Source of the DNA: a virus
Length of the DNA: 34,757 bases
IMG/VR virus record: IMGVR_UViG_3300044939_000036
Coordinates: 1-34,757 of that record
Strand: one strand, 5' to 3'
Positions 31,029-34,757 of the stretch are shown piece after piece (within the stretch, counting starts at the first letter, position 1; the number at the start of each line of letters is the position of its first letter). A program made the position numbers and the translations under genes. The notes below the pieces were generated by a model. That model made no database searches. It was given only the letters and a program-made list of their open reading frames with translations, and was not told where the DNA came from.

Positions 31029-32953
31029 TGCCTCCGGAATGCTGACTGCCCTGCGGGTGCGCCCTGCGGCCTTGGCGGGGCTGGCGCTTGGCCTTGGCTT
31101 GGCGGCGCCGGCCGCGCCGGCTCACCGCTGGCCTGCGCCTGCGACTCTGCGCCAGTGGCAGCGCGCAGCATCGCTTCGCGGGTGTCCCAATCGGCCTTCG
31201 TCCAGCGGTGCAGGCGGACTGCCGGGTGGTGGGTGGCGGCGTAGGCATACACCCAGGTATCCAGCGGTTCGTTGCGAGGTGCGCCACGGCGCGGCTCGAA
31301 GCGATTTTTGGTCGGGTTGTAGGTTTCGCTGACCAGCCCGCCGAAGTAGTCCGACGAAAGCTGCTCCGAAAATCTGACCCGGCGATGTTCCGGCTCCCGA
31401 TCCGCATCTGCAGACAGCCAGCTGTAGAGCAGGTGCTTGATGGCGACCGTGCCGACCTGATGGATCTGCACGCCGCGTGGATCCATGCGCCCGCGCCAGT
31501 TCACGTCCGCGGCCTTGCCCTTGCCGAGCACCGGCGCGTTGTTGGCTGTTGCGCCGAACCCGGCCAGCAGGCGACGCACGCGGCCGCTGCGCACGAATGC
31601 CTTGACCGCTTCGGTGCGGTGACCGCCGATGTCGATCAAGCCGGCATCCACCCAAAGCAGCGCGCCGTCCTTGCGCTCAATAGGCCGGCTGAGCAGGTCC
31701 GTCAGGGAATCCCAGACCGGATCATCGGCCGGATCACCCGGCAGTTCCACGTAGTCGATGGGCCAGCAGACCATGCCGCGACCCCATCCGAGCAACTGCA
31801 CGGCCAGCCGGTTGTCCTGCGTGTCGATGCCGACCGTGACGGCCAGCACCCATTCCGGAACGGGCCGCAGCGGCACCGGCTCGGCACGGTCGGCGATGAC
31901 GTTGTGCCGCACGGCACGCATGGCCGGGTCATCCCACGGCTCTGCCAGCCGGTCATTCACGAAGGTCTTGAGTTTGGCCGGATCAGACTGCGCCTCGCGC
32001 CACATGCGCACCAGATCGAGCCAGCGCGGGCCCAGGCCAAGCTGGTAGTACAGGCAGTTAATGTGGTAGCCGCGCATCGTGCCTGCAGGGTTTTCCGGCA
32101 CCCATTCACCGGCCGCGATCATCGACGTCTTGTGGTGTTCCTCGATGCAGGCGCCGCACTCCCGACAGACATACCAGCACTGGCTGCCATCCGGCGTGTA
32201 GTGCAGGCCGCGCCACTCCAGCGGTTGGCGGTGGCCGCAGTGCGGGCAGGGGACGTAGTACCGGCGCTGGTCGGACTTTTCCCATAGTTGCTCCGTGCGG
32301 CTGACGCCACGGATGCCAGGCGTGGAGATGTACGCCCGCTTGTAGGTCGCCGGGAAGGCCGAGGTGCGGCCCTCGAGCATCGCCACCGGGTCATCGCCGC
32401 TGCTGAGCCTATTCGCAAACTCATCCAGCTCATCCACCAGCAGGGTGCGCACGCTGACCATCTTGAGCCGCCCCGGCGTGCCGGCGTGCTCGATGTAGAG
32501 CTGGCCGCCATCGAAATCCTTGAACGTGCGGCTATTGGCCGCGTCGCGGCTGGCCATGCTGGTGAGCACGCGCTGCACCTCTGGCGTGCTCTCGATCATC
32601 GGGCTGAGTTTCTGGGCGATCCATTTGTGCATGGTGACCTCGCTCGGCAGGCACACCATGATCGGGCCAGGCGACTCGCACATGGTGTAGGCCAGTGCGT
32701 TCATCAGCACCTCGGTTTTGCCGAACTGAATGGGAAACATCAACACCACGTCACGCACCGGGCTGCGCGCGCTGAAGCAGTCCATCGGCTCGCGCAGCGG
32801 CGGGTTGCGCGAGGTGCGCCAGCGGCCAGGTTCCTGGCTGCCCTTGCTGCTCAGGATGCGATGCGCGTCGGCCCACTGGCTAACCGTGATGGCGCGCCTG
32901 GGCGCAAGCGCACGGCTGATCGCGGCATGGATTGCGGCCGCACCCTGGATCAT
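31022..32953 (-). CDS. terL: Terminase large subunit (lambda gpA family)
   Basis: SQWADAH..GRW, the zinc-finger-like CPHCGHRQPLEW and KTFVNDRLAEPWDD all parallel lambda gpA. Confidence 0.92.
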   Translation of the reverse strand: MIQGAAAIHAAISRALAPRRAITVSQWADAHRILSSKGSQEPGRWRTSRNPPLREPMDCFSARSPVRDVVLMFPIQFGKTEVLMNALAYTMCESPGPIMVCLPSEVTMHKWIAQKLSPMIESTPEVQRVLTSMASRDAANSRTFKDFDGGQLYIEHAGTPGRLKMVSVRTLLVDELDEFANRLSSGDDPVAMLEGRTSAFPATYKRAYISTPGIRGVSRTEQLWEKSDQRRYYVPCPHCGHRQPLEWRGLHYTPDGSQCWYVCRECGACIEEHHKTSMIAAGEWVPENPAGTMRGYHINCLYYQLGLGPRWLDLVRMWREAQSDPAKLKTFVNDRLAEPWDDPAMRAVRHNVIADRAEPVPLRPVPEWVLAVTVGIDTQDNRLAVQLLGWGRGMVCWPIDYVELPGDPADDPVWDSLTDLLSRPIERKDGALLWVDAGLIDIGGHRTEAVKAFVRSGRVRRLLAGFGATANNAPVLGKGKAADVNWRGRMDPRGVQIHQVGTVAIKHLLYSWLSADADREPEHRRVRFSEQLSSDYFGGLVSETYNPTKNRFEPRRGAPRNEPLDTWVYAYAATHHPAVRLHRWTKADWDTREAMLRAATGAESQAQASGEPARPAPPSQGQAPAPPRPQGAPAGQSAFRRQW

Positions 32954-33558
32954 GCCGCCCCCTCCCGCGCGATCTGCGCGAACTGGCGGGAGAGCTGCTC
33001 GAGCAGTCGTTCGATGGCATCGGCTAGCAGCGCGCGGCAGCGCGCCTCGTCGGACTCGGCCGCCAGGATCGGCGCCAGCGTCACCGGCAGCGCCTCCAGG
33101 CCGTTGCGCAGCTCGCCAGCCGCCAGCCGGGCGGCCTGAAGGACATCCTCGCGCCGCAGCAGCATGCCGAGCTCGATCTGCTCATCGCGCAGAGCCTTGC
33201 GCGCCTCGGCCTCGGCCTTTTCGGCCAGGGCGCGTGCCCGCCTGAGTGCGATTGGCTCCCCGGAATCCGCCTGGAATGCGTCTAGATCGCTTTCTGGCGC
33301 TTCCTCGCCCCCGACCCTATAGGGTGGTAGCGGCTTGGTGCTGTCTGCGCCTGCTGCGCGTTTCTGGCGCGTTCCTGGCCGGGATGGGTCGGCGGTCTGG
33401 TCGATCAGTGCCAGGCTTGCCTTGACCAGGATCTTGCCGTCGGCGTCGAGCACCAGCCGGCCTTCGTCCTTGAGCTGCGTGACGTAGCTCGGGCTGACAT
33501 CCAGAACCCTGGCGAACTGCCGGGCCGTCACCGCGCTGTCTCCCTTCGTCGCCACCAC
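32950..33558 (-). CDS. terS: Terminase small subunit (Nu1-like, N-terminal wHTH)
   Basis: VTARQFARVLDVSPSYVTQLKDEG is an HTH, and the C-terminal region resembles Nu1. ATGA coupling to terL. The start is probably GTG 33558 or 33555; the track uses TTG 33576. Confidence 0.72.
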   Translation of the reverse strand: MVATKGDSAVTARQFARVLDVSPSYVTQLKDEGRLVLDADGKILVKASLALIDQTADPSRPGTRQKRAAGADSTKPLPPYRVGGEEAPESDLDAFQADSGEPIALRRARALAEKAEAEARKALRDEQIELGMLLRREDVLQAARLAAGELRNGLEALPVTLAPILAAESDEARCRALLADAIERLLEQLSRQFAQIAREGAA

Positions 33559-33563
33559 CTCAC

Positions 33564-33583
33564 CCCCTTTTCCCAAAAAGGGG
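33564..33583. promoter_or_regulatory. Perfect hairpin CCCCTTTT-CCCA-AAAAGGGG overlapping the TerS ribosome-binding region
   Basis: Read directly. The G-rich arm on the mRNA strand (AAAAGGGG) is the only SD-like element before the GTG starts. Confidence 0.4.
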
Positions 33584-33606
33584 AGATGGAGAGAAAGGGC
33601 GCGCGC

Positions 33607-33862
33607 GTGCAGGGTACGCGCACCCCTGCACGCACCCCTGCACGCGTGGAACCCGCGTCACGCCTGCTTTGTGCAGGGCGTGCAGGGTGTGCAGGGGTAC
33701 ATACACGCGCGCGACACGCCACACACGCACATGCCCGCATGCCTGCGCACACTCGCACGCCTGTGCGTGCGTATAGGACCTCTGCACGCCCTGCACAAGC
33801 CAATACTGGCGCGGGTTTCGACCCTGCACGCCACCCTGCACGCCACCCTGCACACCCTGCAC
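33607..33862. repeat. Iteron array: 12 copies of CCTGCAC/GTGCAGG in five clusters with overall dyad symmetry (cos or ori candidate)
   Basis: GTGCAGGG copies start at 33607, 33671, 33680 and 33689. (C)CCTGCAC copies lie within the tandem 12-mers 33621-33632 and 33633-33644, at 33782 and 33789, and within 33821-33862 (four copies). An 8-bp inverted pair (AACCCGCG 33650-33657, CGCGGGTT 33810-33817) flanks the centre. Confidence 0.85.
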
Positions 33863-33873
33863 ATAACCAAACG

Positions 33874-34757
33874 TCATGATGCGCTACCTCCGGGAAGCTG
33901 GCCTTTGTACTCGGCCAGTTGCTCACGGACGTCGATATAGCAGCGCCCCAGCCAGTCCTGTTGTGACTCCCCCTCAGGGGCCTCTGAACGCCCCAACATG
34001 AGGAAGTAGTGCGGACCTCGCTCGCGGCCTGCCACGCTATAGCGGCATCGCTTCTTGTCCACTCGCCTAGAGCGTACCAGAGATGTGACGAACTTTGCTT
34101 CCGGCGCAGGGCGGTATCCGTGCTTGCCGCACCAGACCCGGTACAGCTCATACCAGTCCGTGGTGAGGCCTGGGATCGGCTCGACCTTTGGGATATCGCC
34201 ACGCACCAGGTCATCGTAAAACCGCAGCGGACTGTCCAGCGCGAGCTGGATCAGTTCGACCTTGGCATCGTTCACCGGCGGTGGCGTTCCAGGCCCGAAG
34301 TCCCCAAGGTCGAGATGCAGCAGGTAGTGGTGCAGCGCCTCAATGCCGCCGTTGGCGATCTCATCGCGGACGGCTGCGTAGTAGTCCGCCCGCGCCTTGC
34401 CCGGCGTCCAGATGACACAGTGCCTGCGGTCATCTTCTTCCAACACCACTGGCATTGCCTCATTGGAGAGGAACACCAGGTTCATGTGGTTGCGCTCCCA
34501 GTAGGCCGCGAAATTCTTTGGGTTGATTCGGATCCTGTCCCCAGTGATCAGTGCCTTGAGCTTGTTCTTGATGTGGTACACGTCGGAACGCGCCACCACC
34601 TCATCGGCGATCATGAACAGCTTTCTGCTGGCCCAGTCGTTGAACTTGTCTTCGACCGCAGATTGGTCGAGCACGTCGCCGTACTCGCCGTAGATCCGCA
34701 TGATCGCCTCGAAAAACAGGTTCTTGCCAGCACCCTGCGGCCCGTGCACAACCACGG
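33874..34757 (-). CDS. Toprim primase / SF3 helicase fusion, C-terminal part (P4 alpha / poxvirus D5-like NTPase plus C-terminal domain)
   Basis: Walker A motif GPQGAGK. Contains FMIADE and the D5/P4-type pattern LVFLSNE..DDRRHCVIW. Stop codon at 33874-33876. The whole protein is 807 aa once the circle is closed. Confidence 0.9.
   Translation of the reverse strand, partial: VVVHGPQGAGKNLFFEAIMRIYGEYGDVLDQSAVEDKFNDWASRKLFMIADEVVARSDVYHIKNKLKALITGDRIRINPKNFAAYWERNHMNLVFLSNEAMPVVLEEDDRRHCVIWTPGKARADYYAAVRDEIANGGIEALHHYLLHLDLGDFGPGTPPPVNDAKVELIQLALDSPLRFYDDLVRGDIPKVEPIPGLTTDWYELYRVWCGKHGYRPAPEAKFVTSLVRSRRVDKKRCRYSVAGRERGPHYFLMLGRSEAPEGESQQDWLGRCYIDVREQLAEYKGQLPGGSAS
34631..34757. repeat. Terminal duplication, copy 2 (identical to 1-127)
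   Basis: Same as copy 1. An overlap of exactly 127 nt is what a k=127 assembler leaves on a circular contig. Confidence 0.97.

Larger units (their letters stand above)
1..34630. mobile_element. Complete circular temperate phage genome (unit length 34,630 bp)
   Basis: The window ends repeat its start exactly (127 bp). Integrase, repressor, replication, lysis, head and tail modules are all present. A single ORF is continuous across the junction. Confidence 0.85.

Noticed and set aside
33607-33862. Possible CRISPR array
   Set aside because: The repeat units are only 7-12 bp, occur in both orientations, and have no unique spacers of 25-40 bp. No cas genes are present.
33560-33879. Four ORFs of 70-105 aa spanning the TerS-primase intergenic region on both strands
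   Set aside because: Their sequences are direct read-outs of the CCTGCAC repeats (QGVQGGVQG.. and HATLHATLH..). This region is an iteron array, not coding sequence.
1-34757. Reverse transcriptase (retron/DGR), CRISPR-Cas, restriction-modification, large known defence systems, rRNA or complete tRNA genes
   Set aside because: I found no ORF with RT (YxDD), Cas, methyltransferase or other large defence-enzyme hallmarks, and no cloverleaf-capable segment. All ORFs longer than 300 aa are accounted for by replication, integration, packaging, head and tail functions.

Overview
The window is one complete temperate tailed-phage genome, either a circularised prophage or a phage contig. Bases 1-127 are identical to 34631-34757, so the unit genome is 34,630 bp and the window closes on itself. 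The DNA is visibly GC-rich, roughly two-thirds G+C by eye, with three lower-GC islands. I ran no database search; every call rests on reading the translations, motifs I recognise, gene order and start/stop context.

Layout:
- (i) Minus-strand replication/early operon, 2592 down to 1 and wrapping to 33874. It encodes an HTH regulator, a TraR/DksA zinc finger, two small ORFs and an 807-aa Toprim primase fused to a P4/D5-type helicase. The helicase gene spans the window junction, and the ORF track omits its first 1,667 nt.
- (ii) Immunity region, 2.6-4.7 kb. It holds a 42-bp palindromic operator, a Cro-like gene, a cI-like HTH/S24 repressor, two downstream morons, and two paralogous promoters that each carry a pair of ACGG-N4-CCGT operators.
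- (iii) Plus-strand early operon of translationally coupled small ORFs, 4859-7790, ending in an AlpA/Xis-like gene and a hairpin.
- (iv) Lower-GC moron island, 7.8-9.9 kb.
- (v) attP candidate that mimics a tRNA 3' end, followed by a tyrosine integrase.
- (vi) One long minus-strand late operon, 33558 down to 10978. It has lambda-like packaging and head genes (Nu1-like TerS, gpA-like TerL, gpW, lambda-family portal, protease/capsid fusion, DUF2190 decoration). A lysis cassette sits between the head and neck genes. A lambda-like tail module follows (major tail, G/GT frameshift, tape measure, M/L/K-like proteins, an I-J fusion, fibre proteins).

Most notable observations:
- A roughly 260-bp array of 12 CCTGCAC heptamers in dyad arrangement between the primase stop and the TerS start. 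It could be cos or ori.
- A tail-tip protein whose C-terminal 136 aa look like a Hint / bacterial-intein-like autoprocessing domain.
- The duplicated operator/promoter architecture, with apparently leaderless switch genes.
- Several small accessory cassettes in classic moron positions whose functions I cannot assign.
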